53,052 nucleotides of DNA. It comes from a virus (taxonomy: Duplodnaviria > Caudoviricetes). Under the pieces are notes generated by a model that was not told where the DNA came from, searched no databases, and was given only the letters and a program-made list of their open reading frames with translations. Position 1 is the first letter of the stretch; the number at the start of each line of letters is the position of its first letter. The DNA is taken from positions 1 to 53,052 of the IMG/VR virus record IMGVR_UViG_3300022932_000003. One strand, given 5' to 3'. Positions 8,184 through 18,187 of the stretch are shown one piece after another. Position numbers and translations under genes: made by a program.

Positions 8184-9211
8184 TTATTCTAAAATAGGAT
8201 CTTGGTGAACCGGAGCAATGCTTCTGATTGTTTTTTGTCTTTTAATCTTAAGTTCCTCAGGCAGAAAATCCCCAAATTCCCAAATCATATTTTTTTTAGC
8301 AAGAATATGATGTGTTTTATTTACATCGAAATCTTTAGCAAGAATATTCCATGCTGTACCTTTGGTTAAGCCTTTGTTTACTGTAGCAACTTTTGTCCAA
8401 TCAGTTATTTTTGATTTGGCATTTTCGAACATTTCTTTAATTTGTTCGTTAGTTATAGTTTCCGCTATTTTTCTTGCGTCATTTCTGTTCATAATAATAA
8501 ATTTTTAAATTACTTTTCTTTTTCCACTTCCTGGATCATATCAAATAAGTCGATCTGATTTTCCGGTTGAGGTTTTAAATTTGAAACTTTCGTTTTTAAT
8601 TGAACTTTTATTTCATCACACCATATTTTATAAGGGTGTCGGGCGCGTTCTCCATAAGGATATGCAGCGTATAAAGCCTTTTTTATCTCTTGTGGTGTTT
8701 TTCCTTTATTATTAGCAATTACTTTTGCTATAATGGGCGATGCGTGTTCTCTCCATGTTGGCATGATTTCTAAACTAAATATCCAAATGCATAAGCAGCA
8801 GCTTCACCAATATCACCTAAATCACCTTCGGAATCTTCATCTTCATAAAACTTACCAATTTTTTTATCTAATTTATCCCATTTATTACTAACTTTTTGTA
8901 GCGAATTAAGTGTTTGTAAAATTTCGGTTACTGTCATTTGAACCCCGTTTTTTAATATTGCAGCACCATCGCCGGCAATACCTTCTGTGTATTCTACTTT
9001 CATAATAATTTTATTTAAATATTTATAATTTACTTCGTTCAATAATTTCTGTAAAACAATTTTCGAAATCATCATCAGATAAATTTCTAATATCTTCGAA
9101 TGTTACTGAAGCGACAAACTTACCAAATTTAAGTATAAAAGAACTTTCAGCCATTTCAAAGCCATATTTTTTTAATTTTCTGATTCTGTTTTCTATTTCT
9201 TGATTATTCAT
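8184..9211 (-). other. Four small hypothetical genes (8184-8492, 8510-8764, 8770-~9003, 9023-9211)
   Basis: Tightly packed co-directional ORFs. Confidence 0.6.
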
Positions 9212-9217
9212 AAGAAT

Positions 9218-10393
9218 TTATTTAATTAATGGAACATTTGTTAATTGTTTGCCATTATTCCAAATAGAAAATAGCCCTTTTTTAACCTCTTTGATGATCA
9301 TTGTTTCAATTTTACCAAAGAAATTGATATTACCTCCTAAATCTATAATCCAACCTTCTTTTTTAGTTCCATCAGGATAAGTAAAAATCCTCATTACACG
9401 GCCAACAATTTGATAATACAATGCTAATGACATTGTTGAACGGGCAATTAAAACAGATTCTAATCCAGGAAAATCAAATCCGGTTGTTAAAACTCCGACA
9501 TTAACTAAACATTTTATCCTACCTTTTTTAAAATCCATCAATATACGTTCTCGATCTTTTGTCTTAGTTTCACCTGTTAAAATTACCGCACCTGAAATGT
9601 TTCTAGTGACAATTGTGGCTTCTTCAATCATAGCACAAAAAATCAATATATTATTTCTTTTAGCAAGTATCTTTTTAGCATATCTAACGATGTGGCCAGG
9701 CATATCTATACTTTTATATAATCTGTTTAAACTCGCTGTTGTAAAGTCTGTTCCTGAGCTATTAACTTCTAATTTAGAACGGTCAACAACATCAAAAGAA
9801 TAATATTGTAATTTAGCCAAATAACCCGCATCAAAAAGGACAGAGTTTTGAACGAAATATAAAACATCATGAAAGATTTTAGGGCGTGTTCTTGTGATAA
9901 ATTTTAGTTGAGCCCCATAAGAATCATTTGAAAGCCTATAAGGTGTAGCGGTCAAACCTAAAACTTTTGCATTTGAAAAATAACTAATCAATTTTTCATA
10001 CATGCCGCCTTTAGCATTTACTAAATGGCATTCATCAATTAAAATATTTTCGGTTCCTTCAAACAAATAAAGTTTTTCTATAATACTACCAATCGTACAA
10101 AATGTGATTTTACCAATTCTTTTTTCTCCAATAGATGCCGAATAAATATTAGCATAACCGCCGCTTTTTATAAATTTTTCAAAGTTCTGTTCTAAAATTT
10201 CCTTTGATGGCTGAAGTACTATTGTGTTTCCTTGAACGCCATTCAATATTTTTGCAATTACAACCGATTTTCCGGATCCTGTTGGCAAAATTAATATTGC
10301 ATTCTTTCTAGTTTTGGTCTTTTGTTTTGATTGGAAGTAATTTATACCAGACTGAATCGCATCAGTCTGGTATTGTCTGTCTTGAAAAACCAT
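9218..10393 (-). CDS. SF2 DEAD/DEAH-box helicase (ResIII/RadD-like)
   Basis: R.YQ, PTGSGKS, IDECH, GLTATP, VLTTGFDFP, QIVGRVMR. Confidence 0.92.
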   Translation of the reverse strand: MVFQDRQYQTDAIQSGINYFQSKQKTKTRKNAILILPTGSGKSVVIAKILNGVQGNTIVLQPSKEILEQNFEKFIKSGGYANIYSASIGEKRIGKITFCTIGSIIEKLYLFEGTENILIDECHLVNAKGGMYEKLISYFSNAKVLGLTATPYRLSNDSYGAQLKFITRTRPKIFHDVLYFVQNSVLFDAGYLAKLQYYSFDVVDRSKLEVNSSGTDFTTASLNRLYKSIDMPGHIVRYAKKILAKRNNILIFCAMIEEATIVTRNISGAVILTGETKTKDRERILMDFKKGRIKCLVNVGVLTTGFDFPGLESVLIARSTMSLALYYQIVGRVMRIFTYPDGTKKEGWIIDLGGNINFFGKIETMIIKEVKKGLFSIWNNGKQLTNVPLIK

Positions 10394-11001
10394 TAATCTT
10401 CTATTTTACCGCCTTCCAAATCCTGAGCATCCTCTTCTTCAAAAGAATCAATCATTGAAAGCTGCTCTAGTTTTGGCGCTGATTTACCATTCATATAGGC
10501 TTCGACTTCATTCAAAGCAATACGCAGCCTTTCGTTTAATTCTTCAATGTACAAATAAGTACCATCAAGTTTAATTTTAGGCAAAGGATAACTTACAACT
10601 CCATTTATTAATGACTTACGTCCACTCAAAACAACTGATCTGTTTTCGTCGAATCCTGTAATCTTAAAAGATGTTACTGTGTAACGAACTAAATCGGGGT
10701 GCTCTTCTAATTTTGCAATCGGCGTTTGATTGTTTACATCAAGATCATTTTTGAAATAATCATCAATATGCATGAAGAAAATATCAAGTTCCGAAAATGC
10801 ATTGTTTAGATCATCATGCACCAAATGAACGCCTTTTCTCGAAAGTTCGTCACCTCTTGTTTTTCCTGTTAGCAGTTCGTAAGAATAGGTACATTGATGA
10901 TCTTTTAGCGTTGCGCCTTTGATTTCAATATCTCTTTGAACTTCTGAAGTTTCTAATGCATTTAAAAATTTATCTGCATCAATTGTAATGGATTTTCCCA
11001 T
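10393..11001 (-). CDS. Hypothetical protein (acidic C-terminus)
   Basis: 202-aa ORF coupled to the helicase. Confidence 0.65.
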   Translation of the reverse strand: MGKSITIDADKFLNALETSEVQRDIEIKGATLKDHQCTYSYELLTGKTRGDELSRKGVHLVHDDLNNAFSELDIFFMHIDDYFKNDLDVNNQTPIAKLEEHPDLVRYTVTSFKITGFDENRSVVLSGRKSLINGVVSYPLPKIKLDGTYLYIEELNERLRIALNEVEAYMNGKSAPKLEQLSMIDSFEEEDAQDLEGGKIED

Positions 11002-11042
11002 GATTTAAATATTTAATTATTATTGATTAAGTGTTAAAAAGT

Positions 11043-11133
11043 AGAAATTCCCTAAAGGGCTATTGTCGGATAGCTGATCTTTAGGGAATTCTGATATGTC
11101 TTACATTGTGATTAATCCGACAATAAACCACTA
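11043..11133 (-). ncRNA. Structured leader RNA B (same kissing-loop architecture as A)
   Basis: Loop TTGTCGGA complements loop TCCGACAA; 13-bp stem GAATTCCCTAAAG/CTTTAGGGAATTT; -7 element TATATTTG at 11136-11143. Confidence 0.65.
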
Positions 11134-11148
11134 GACAAATATAAGAAT

Positions 11149-11397
11149 TTAATCGTATAAACGGAATGAATTTCCAATCATTAAAAGAAAATTTGCACAA
11201 TCTGCTAAATGTTCTTTTATTCTTTCTCGATCGCCTTGTTGAATTGCGCGACTTAATTTATCTTCATGATAATCTAATTCCTGAAGCTGCGAATGTACAT
11301 TATTCCATGTTCGCCAATCTCCTTTATTTTTATTTGCATCTAATTCGTTTTTCATTGATTTTGCAAATTCATCTACTAATTCATTTTGGTTTTTCAT
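11149..11397 (-). CDS. Small all-alpha MazG-like NTP pyrophosphohydrolase-family protein
   Basis: M..EL.AN..KGDW ... EHLADCANFLLMI. Confidence 0.5.
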   Translation of the reverse strand: MKNQNELVDEFAKSMKNELDANKNKGDWRTWNNVHSQLQELDYHEDKLSRAIQQGDRERIKEHLADCANFLLMIGNSFRLYD

Positions 11398-11399
11398 AA

Positions 11400-11840
11400 T
11401 TACAAATATTGCTTATTATTTTCAACTGTTATTTTGATTTCATCGATCAAAGAAAGATCGTGCGGATCAGGAAGATAAATTCCGGCTTCTTTCGATGCGT
11501 AATCCCGGAAGCGGTCAATACAAAGTGTCATTTCTTTTGTGTTGAGGTTAGCAGTTGATCGCCAACGTTGCAACACAACTAAACCTTTATCAACTTCACC
11601 ATCGTAAAACGTATCAGGATTTACAATTTTCTTAAATATTTCCTGTTTTACCTCAGCAGTTGTGTAACCCGTTTCATGTGCGAAAAATTGTAATATAAGA
11701 TGCAGGAATGAATTCTGACTTATTGACCTGGTTCGCTTCTTTTCGGTAAGTTCAAAAACTTTTCCGTTCGCAATTAAGAACTGTAATCTTTGAATTGCTC
11801 GTTGTTGGTCGATCTTTTTAGATCCGTTGTAAACGCTCAT
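11400..11840 (-). CDS. NinB-like recombination protein
   Basis: RSISQNSFLH and STANLNTKEM..ID motifs. Confidence 0.6.
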   Translation of the reverse strand: MSVYNGSKKIDQQRAIQRLQFLIANGKVFELTEKKRTRSISQNSFLHLILQFFAHETGYTTAEVKQEIFKKIVNPDTFYDGEVDKGLVVLQRWRSTANLNTKEMTLCIDRFRDYASKEAGIYLPDPHDLSLIDEIKITVENNKQYL

Positions 11841-13857
11841 GGCTTAAACTTAACATTTACTGACTTTGCTAAATATTGAAATAAACGTTGTCCTTCAAAA
11901 CCATATCCTACATAATATTCCACAAATTCTTTGTCGTATAAGCCTTCTAAATATTCTAATTTTATTTCTTTTATTAAATACTCTCCTATTCTATGCGATC
12001 TATAGTATTGATCATCATTTAGAATATACACTTCAAGTGTTTCAGGGCGACTTGAAAAAGCCTCTGTAATTGATTTTATTTTTTGGTTCATTTCTAATCA
12101 AATTTAAGTTCTTTTTTAAATAAACATGAATGCAAATTTTGAAGTTCGTGAGCATAATCCAAACGCGTTCCTGTATTGATATGCGTAAACTTTTCACCTG
12201 AAACAAATATTGCAGAATTATCTTCGAACGATCCCAATGAATAGGTTTTGTTTATGCATTTCAATTGCTTGTAACCTGCTTTTTTTAGCCAATCAATTGA
12301 TAACGGGATTGGTTTATATGGGTGCTTGGGATTATCTACAATATTTTCAATAATGTATTTATCTACAATTAATATCTTTGCTACTCCTTGAATATAATTT
12401 CCAATTTTCACATCAGTTGATTTTATCATAATAATTAATTTAAGCAGATTCCAATTTCTTTAATAATTTTATCAATCAGTTCTTTGTTAGTTTTGCAAAA
12501 TATAAAACGCTTTTCAGGACTCAACCGTGAATCTAAATCACGGTTGAGGTTGCGGAATATTTCGTTAGTTTTCATGATGTGTAAATTTCTTTAAATAAAT
12601 ATTTTAATGATCTTTCGGTTAATTTAAACTTTTCGTCTTTTTTGTTTGCATAACGGATAACATCAATTAAAGTTTTAGGTGTCCAAGGTGTTACATTTGA
12701 AATAGTTATTCTTGTCCAATGATCTTTAGAATCTGTGTACATTTTACCTTCGTTTCTTAGTTCTATATTACCTGTAACTAATTTCATGTTTATAGCTTTT
12801 TTGTAAATTCTATCAGGAACTTGAACAAATATTCCGTATCGACTGTTGTCAAATTCATAATAACCGCACTTTCCGTTTACTAAATACAATTCATTTCCAA
12901 AATTATCAACCTCCCAAATAAACTTAGTTTGGAACGGTGCGCTTATGAATTTAATGTATCTAATGATAAAATCATATCTCAAATCTTTTGAAACTTTTAT
13001 TTTTTGAATATTTTTAATAAAAACTTCTAATGGTTCTAAATAAAGCAGTTCTTCTTTCATAATTTTTGTTTTAATTGTTATTTATCTGTTGTAACGCTCG
13101 GTTAAATAATTTTTAATTCTTGTGTAACGAGCAATATTATTGTGTGAATTTTCAATAGAAAAATAATTAGTTGCAAAAGAATTTATAAAAGCTTCAGCGT
13201 TTTCAATACATCTATCGCATTCCTCAATCATTTCAATGATAGCTAATTTTCTTTGGTGGTATTTTTTTTGATCTTGCATGGTTTCTATTTTTTATTAATT
13301 GATTAATGAATGATGTATTGGTATTGTAAAAAAAACTCTTTGTTCACTTCTTTCTACGTTTTTAAAAATTAATCTTCCTGAAATATAGGATTCTCCATTA
13401 TAGTAAGAAGAATCAATTATTATTTTGCATAGTTTAGGCACTTCTTTATATTTTTCAAAAACATATTTTTCTCCTTGCTCATTAACTCGGTATTCAGCAG
13501 GATTATCATAATCAATCTCATTATAATACTCTTTGGAATTATTTATTAGTATAATATTTTTCATGACTAATCAAGATTAAGCGTATGTCCATCATAATAA
13601 GCTGCAGCATTTGAATTGCTTTCAACACTTCTAAAAGTTAAAGCAAAATCAACAGTATTAAATTGCTCATACATTTTTTTTGCTTCAAGCTTCTTTTTAG
13701 CCGTTGATGGTTTATTAGGAATTGAATTGTAAATAGCAACATAAAACTGTCTTTTAAAATCAGTCCATGCTTTTTTTAATGCCTTACCAAAAGTAATATT
13801 GTACTTTCTGAATAATGTCCAAGCTTGTGAAAAAATTTGTGATCTATTTGCTTTCAT
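11837..13857 (-). other. Cluster of small hypothetical early genes (11837-12091, 12094-12429, 12435-12575, 12572-13060, 13082-13279, 13295-13564, 13567-13857)
   Basis: Co-directional and often translationally coupled; 12435-12575 (46 aa) found manually; the 13567 ORF probably starts at ATG 13857, downstream of the promoter. Confidence 0.6.
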
Positions 13858-13890
13858 GATGATAAATTTTAATTGTTTATTTCTATATGT

Positions 13891-13950
13891 CAAATGTATA
13901 AAATATTTGTATATAAAATACATTCAGTTGTAGTTTATACAGATTCTAAA
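13891..13950 (-). promoter_or_regulatory. Promoter (-7 TACATTTG 13891-13898), operator 13908-13922, palindromic box 13934-13950
   Basis: Consensus match. Confidence 0.75.
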
Positions 13951-13954
13951 TAAG

Positions 13955-13980
13955 AAAAGCCACTCGTTAAAGTGGCTTTT
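13955..13980 (-). terminator. Intrinsic terminator
   Basis: AAAAGCCACT-N6-AGTGGCTTTT. Confidence 0.8.
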
Positions 13981-14000
13981 AAAATAATTATTGTGATTTT

Positions 14001-14288
14001 TTATTTATTAGAAACGGCATTCAAACATGTCTGATTGTAAATTTGATACTCTCCATCCCATTCGCAAATTTCAAGAGTATAAACGAATCCTTTATTGTCT
14101 ATAACTTGATACGCTGCGAATCCTCCATTGAATCCCATACTAAGATTAGATTCGTAACCATCATATGAAACGATAGTATAACCACGTTCTTTTAAAAATT
14201 CAGGAGCATTTTTTTTAATACCTTCAATATCTCTGTAACAAGAAGTTAAACAAAGTATTGAAATTGCTAATAAAATTGTTTTTTTCAT
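14001..14288 (-). CDS. Lipoprotein
   Basis: MKK + hydrophobic core + LTSC lipobox. Confidence 0.75.
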   Translation of the reverse strand: MKKTILLAISILCLTSCYRDIEGIKKNAPEFLKERGYTIVSYDGYESNLSMGFNGGFAAYQVIDNKGFVYTLEICEWDGEYQIYNQTCLNAVSNK

Positions 14289-14307
14289 AAGTATTTGTAT
14301 TTATTAA

Positions 14308-14928
14308 TTAATTGTTTTTGCTTTCATGCAGCCGAATAAATTTTGAATCCGGACCGGCATTTTTAAATATAAAGTCCTTTGCTTGTTGTTCTGAAAGATG
14401 ACTATTCTTTGCGCCAATCTCATAAGCGAATTGTCCTTTACGTTGTTTTTCTTCTATCCTTGCATTTAATGATTCTTCACAATGATTGTGTTCAATCGCA
14501 TACAATGAATAGTTTAGCGCGGAAATACCTTCTAAAGTATAAGTATCTGTACAATGAATTATTTTAGTTTCACCTTTAAAAATTCTATAACCAAATGTTG
14601 GGCAATCATGATAAAGTGTTAAAGGCGAAACTTTAAAAACTCCATAATCATAAATTTTACCTGATTCTAAAACATCAAAGTTTTTTATTCCTGGTAATTT
14701 GTCTTTTAGGAATTCGCCACCGGCAAAACGTAAAGTCGGCCTTTCTGCTGCAAGTTTTTGAATAGTTGATAACTTTATATGATCCGTATGGTGATGCGTT
14801 AATAATACCAATTGAAGTTGCTTTTTATAGGGTTCAATCATCTTATATGAAATTCCCATATCTAAAGCAATTGTGTTTAGATAAATAACACAATTGCCTT
14901 GACTACCTGATTTTAGTATATTATACAT
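14308..14928 (-). CDS. Metallo-beta-lactamase-fold nuclease
   Basis: SGSQGN, THHHTDH, HD, TDT, E.NH, HLS, RLH. Confidence 0.85.
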   Translation of the reverse strand: MYNILKSGSQGNCVIYLNTIALDMGISYKMIEPYKKQLQLVLLTHHHTDHIKLSTIQKLAAERPTLRFAGGEFLKDKLPGIKNFDVLESGKIYDYGVFKVSPLTLYHDCPTFGYRIFKGETKIIHCTDTYTLEGISALNYSLYAIEHNHCEESLNARIEEKQRKGQFAYEIGAKNSHLSEQQAKDFIFKNAGPDSKFIRLHESKNN

Positions 14929-15716
14929 TAAATCTTAACTTTTTCCGGTCCAGGATTATCTAAAACCAAAACTTCCTGCTGATCAATGATTTCTTTTTCA
15001 AAAACTTCTCGGTGTTCTACATCAATTGTATCAGGTTCCGCATATAAATCTTCTTTATCGGTATCAGTATGCATTTCAATTATTCTTTTAATTGTGGCAT
15101 TGATTAATGTTTTTTCATACATTTCACGTTCCCATGCCCAAAAATTGCCACTTTTAGCTTTTGATTTTTCTCTACGTTGATCTAAATCTGCTCTAGTATA
15201 ATATTTAGGGCGAAGATCTCCGTTGTTTTTTTCAACTACACAATAACCGCCTGTTATTTCTCCTGAGAATGTTGGAATGTGTTTATCAATTTTTAGAACT
15301 CCATATTCATAATGCATTTCAAATTCATCATCAGCATTAACCAAAACAGGAATAACATCTTTTACTTCACATGTTCTTTTTGCAACTGATACTAAACCTT
15401 GATATTGCCACCCGAAACGTAAAGAAATTCCTGTCGCTGATTCTTTATCATTTTGAACAAAGAAATAGCAATGATTTTTTTGAAAGTCTAATTTGTTATT
15501 GAACATTTTTAGAAATGCCTTTGTAAAACTTACTGAAGGAACCTGATCAATTCTTTCAAGTGTAGAAAGCTTTTCCATTGCAAAATAAACGCTTTCCTTA
15601 TAGCTTTCCGGCAAAGATGCATATTTAGACGCTGCCATTGATTCTAGTTGCTTAATAACTTCTGATCTCACTTTTGTTGGTTCGTAGACCGCGACTTGAT
15701 TTGGTGTTGTACTCAT
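14928..15716 (-). CDS. recT: RecT-family single-strand annealing protein
   Basis: YQGLV.VA, V..DDEF, GGYCV, W..EM..KT; lies between DUF1351 and MBL genes. Confidence 0.75.
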   Translation of the reverse strand: MSTTPNQVAVYEPTKVRSEVIKQLESMAASKYASLPESYKESVYFAMEKLSTLERIDQVPSVSFTKAFLKMFNNKLDFQKNHCYFFVQNDKESATGISLRFGWQYQGLVSVAKRTCEVKDVIPVLVNADDEFEMHYEYGVLKIDKHIPTFSGEITGGYCVVEKNNGDLRPKYYTRADLDQRREKSKAKSGNFWAWEREMYEKTLINATIKRIIEMHTDTDKEDLYAEPDTIDVEHREVFEKEIIDQQEVLVLDNPGPEKVKI

Positions 15717-15717
15717 T

Positions 15718-16077
15718 TTATTGTTGTTTTAAAATATTAGTATTTATATTGTTTTGATGTAAGGTCATTTCACTTAGAATATTTCTAAATCTATTTTTAA
15801 TCGCTGTTGACTGAATAGAATTTTGCATTTCTAATGATTTTAAAATTAATTGCAATTCTCTATTTGATAAATCACAATTTCTATCATCATTATCTACATC
15901 TCTATAATTAATAGTTCTTCGGTTATTCAAACCATACATGAAACCGCCTATTTCTACAGACATTTTTATCGTTAAATCATAATGATGCTTCATACATTCT
16001 AATAAAAAACTAAAATCATCATCATTAATAAAAACATTTGCATTTAATGTTGCGAAAAAAGAATAAGTATTTTCCAT
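15718..16077 (-). CDS. Hypothetical protein
   Basis: 119-aa ORF. Confidence 0.6.
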   Translation of the reverse strand: MENTYSFFATLNANVFINDDDFSFLLECMKHHYDLTIKMSVEIGGFMYGLNNRRTINYRDVDNDDRNCDLSNRELQLILKSLEMQNSIQSTAIKNRFRNILSEMTLHQNNINTNILKQQ

Positions 16078-16079
16078 GG

Positions 16080-17210
16080 TTAAATATTTTTATATTCGAT
16101 TCCGTTTTCTTTCATCCATGCGCCTAATAATCGTAATTTACTCATTGTAGCTTTTACCTCGAATGAAGCGGTTTTAATTTCTTCTTGTACAAATTCTACT
16201 TTTGGAGCCGAAATAGGAGCAGCAATAACTGGTTTTACAATTCTTGAATGACCTGTTTCAGGATTTATTCCCTCGGTTTTTGAAACTTCAAAAAGATCTC
16301 CTTTTACCTCTATTGTTTCCGGCTGAAAGTGTTTATCAATTTCTTCGAATTCTTCTTTAGTTAAATTATGAGAAGTATCTTCAACAATTTGTGATTCTAC
16401 AAATGATTTAATTTTAGCTGAAACCTCGGCATGAATCTTAATAAATTCTTCTTTAGATCTGTTGATTACATCACTTAAAGATACAAAAATATCATCGTTA
16501 TATTCGTAAGCATTAGTGATTTCTACGTAATTTAGACCTAGTTTAATTAGTGCATTTTTACGATTTTGAATAAGTTCGGCTTTAATTTTTGCTTCCTCTG
16601 CTGCTTCAGATTCTTTACGTGTTTTAACCGTTGTAATGGCCTTTGAAGCGTTCAAAGTAAGTTTGTACTCAGTCATGATTTCGGCTTCAAAATCAGTAGC
16701 TTTAATTAACGCCAAATCATCATTTACTTTTTCAATGAAGGCGTAAACCTGTTCTTTGTATTTTTTCTCAGCAGTAGAAAGATTTACCTCTATTTTTAAT
16801 GATTCGAACTTTACAAAATCAATACATTCAGCAACACAAAGTTCATCGAAATATTCTTTGATATTGTTTTCTTTTTCTTTCTTGATTTTGAATTCTACGG
16901 TATCGATATTGTTTTTCAGCAAATCAGTTGCTTTTTTGTATCGGTCTGTGATTTCAGTTTTGTAAATACTTTCGAACTCCAAATAAGGTTTATTTACTTC
17001 GCTTTTTATATAACCGCGTTGTTCTTCAAAATCTTTTACTTCTTTATTAAGTTCGGCGCGCAAAACCTTCATTGATTTTACAGTTTCTTCAGTAGCAACT
17101 TGTTTATCAAGTTCTAAACTATCAATTCTTTTTTGAACACTTTTTCCGGCATCCTGAAGCTTGTGAACGATGATAGGTAATTGCTTTAATACGATTTCGT
17201 TGTTTTCCAT
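16080..17210 (-). CDS. DUF1351-family coiled-coil protein
   Basis: K..RAELNK....E..R..IK..V..PY..FE; C-terminal L..WM.ENGIEY. Confidence 0.7.
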   Translation of the reverse strand: MENNEIVLKQLPIIVHKLQDAGKSVQKRIDSLELDKQVATEETVKSMKVLRAELNKEVKDFEEQRGYIKSEVNKPYLEFESIYKTEITDRYKKATDLLKNNIDTVEFKIKKEKENNIKEYFDELCVAECIDFVKFESLKIEVNLSTAEKKYKEQVYAFIEKVNDDLALIKATDFEAEIMTEYKLTLNASKAITTVKTRKESEAAEEAKIKAELIQNRKNALIKLGLNYVEITNAYEYNDDIFVSLSDVINRSKEEFIKIHAEVSAKIKSFVESQIVEDTSHNLTKEEFEEIDKHFQPETIEVKGDLFEVSKTEGINPETGHSRIVKPVIAAPISAPKVEFVQEEIKTASFEVKATMSKLRLLGAWMKENGIEYKNI

Positions 17211-17413
17211 TATGATTTTAATTTATGATTTAATAATTCGCTAATTTTTCCTTTTGATTCCATTTTTTCAATCCAATCAAAAAGTTGTTCGGTTCCTAGT
17301 TCAAAGATATCTTTGTCCGATGTGTATCTATCATCGTAATAATCATCTTTTGTTTGTGCTCTTATTTTGGCTAAATGCTTTAACTGATCTAAAGTATATT
17401 TTGGTTTATCCAT
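17210..17413 (-). CDS. Hypothetical protein
   Basis: 67-aa ORF. Confidence 0.55.
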   Translation of the reverse strand: MDKPKYTLDQLKHLAKIRAQTKDDYYDDRYTSDKDIFELGTEQLFDWIEKMESKGKISELLNHKLKS

Positions 17414-17545
17414 TACTTTTTAAATTAGTTTTTGAATGTGCTTCTTTCATGAACAACATGAAATTAGAAAGCCGTTGTTTGTCGTTCCTGGTCATATAAC
17501 GGTATTTTTTACCATCAACAGTCCATTTTCCATTAATGCGAGTAA

Positions 17546-17773
17546 TCATCGTTTAGCCCTTGTGATAAACATTTCTTCAATGGTTTTCTTTTTCAGAAAA
17601 TCTTTCACAACGCATATAACCCCGTATTGCGTTAGCTTCTCAGATTTAGCAATTGCCAATGTGCGAACGCTGTTGTTTTGAATGAAAAGAACTTCTGAAA
17701 TGACCTGTTTTAGATCGTAATTCTTTTTAATTTCCTCGAAAATCTCATCTTTTAAAATTTTAATTTGTGCCAT
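17546..17773 (-). CDS. Small protein, possible Cro-like HTH regulator
   Basis: 75 aa, helical, second gene of the early operon; HTH assignment is weak. Confidence 0.35.
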   Translation of the reverse strand: MAQIKILKDEIFEEIKKNYDLKQVISEVLFIQNNSVRTLAIAKSEKLTQYGVICVVKDFLKKKTIEEMFITRAKR

Positions 17774-17788
17774 AAGTTTATTTGTTTT

Positions 17789-17977
17789 TTAAAGATTATT
17801 ATATTTTTCAATAGCATCGTAAGGATGCAAAGTACGATGAACTAATTTCCCTTTGATCCAAATTTCATAAGTACCGCGAAGAGATATCAATATTTTTTTA
17901 TCTCTTTTAGAATCTACGGTATATTGAACAAATGTTCTTCCTACGAAGTCAATTAAATCGTTTACTTGTTTTTCCAT
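17789..17977 (-). CDS. Hypothetical protein
   Basis: 62-aa ORF, first after the promoter at 18011. Confidence 0.55.
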   Translation of the reverse strand: MEKQVNDLIDFVGRTFVQYTVDSKRDKKILISLRGTYEIWIKGKLVHRTLHPYDAIEKYNNL

Positions 17978-18010
17978 TATTTTAATTTTTAAGTGAATAT
18001 TATTAGATCA

Positions 18011-18082
18011 CAAATGTAATAAAATATTTGTATAAAAAATACAAACAAAAAATAAATAAACGTAATTTATATTGATTATAAA
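18011..18082 (-). promoter_or_regulatory. Early promoter (-7 TACATTTG 18011-18018), operator 18029-18043, palindromic box 18066-18082
   Basis: Consensus match. Confidence 0.7.
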
Positions 18083-18092
18083 TAGTAGGCAT

Positions 18093-18126
18093 AAAAAAAC
18101 CGCCTAGAATTAACTAAGCGGTTTTT
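18093..18126 (-). terminator. Intrinsic terminator at the end of the late region
   Basis: AACCGCTTAG-N6-CTAGGCGGTTTTTTT on the minus strand. Confidence 0.8.
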
Positions 18127-18136
18127 AAAGGATTTT

Positions 18137-18187
18137 GTTCATTAAATTTGATTGTTCATTTTAAATGAACGCGAAAAAATAATGAAC
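18137..18187. repeat. Nested dyad with four GTTCATT half-sites
   Basis: GTTCATTA-9-GTTCATTT-T-AAATGAAC-9-TAATGAAC. Confidence 0.8.
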
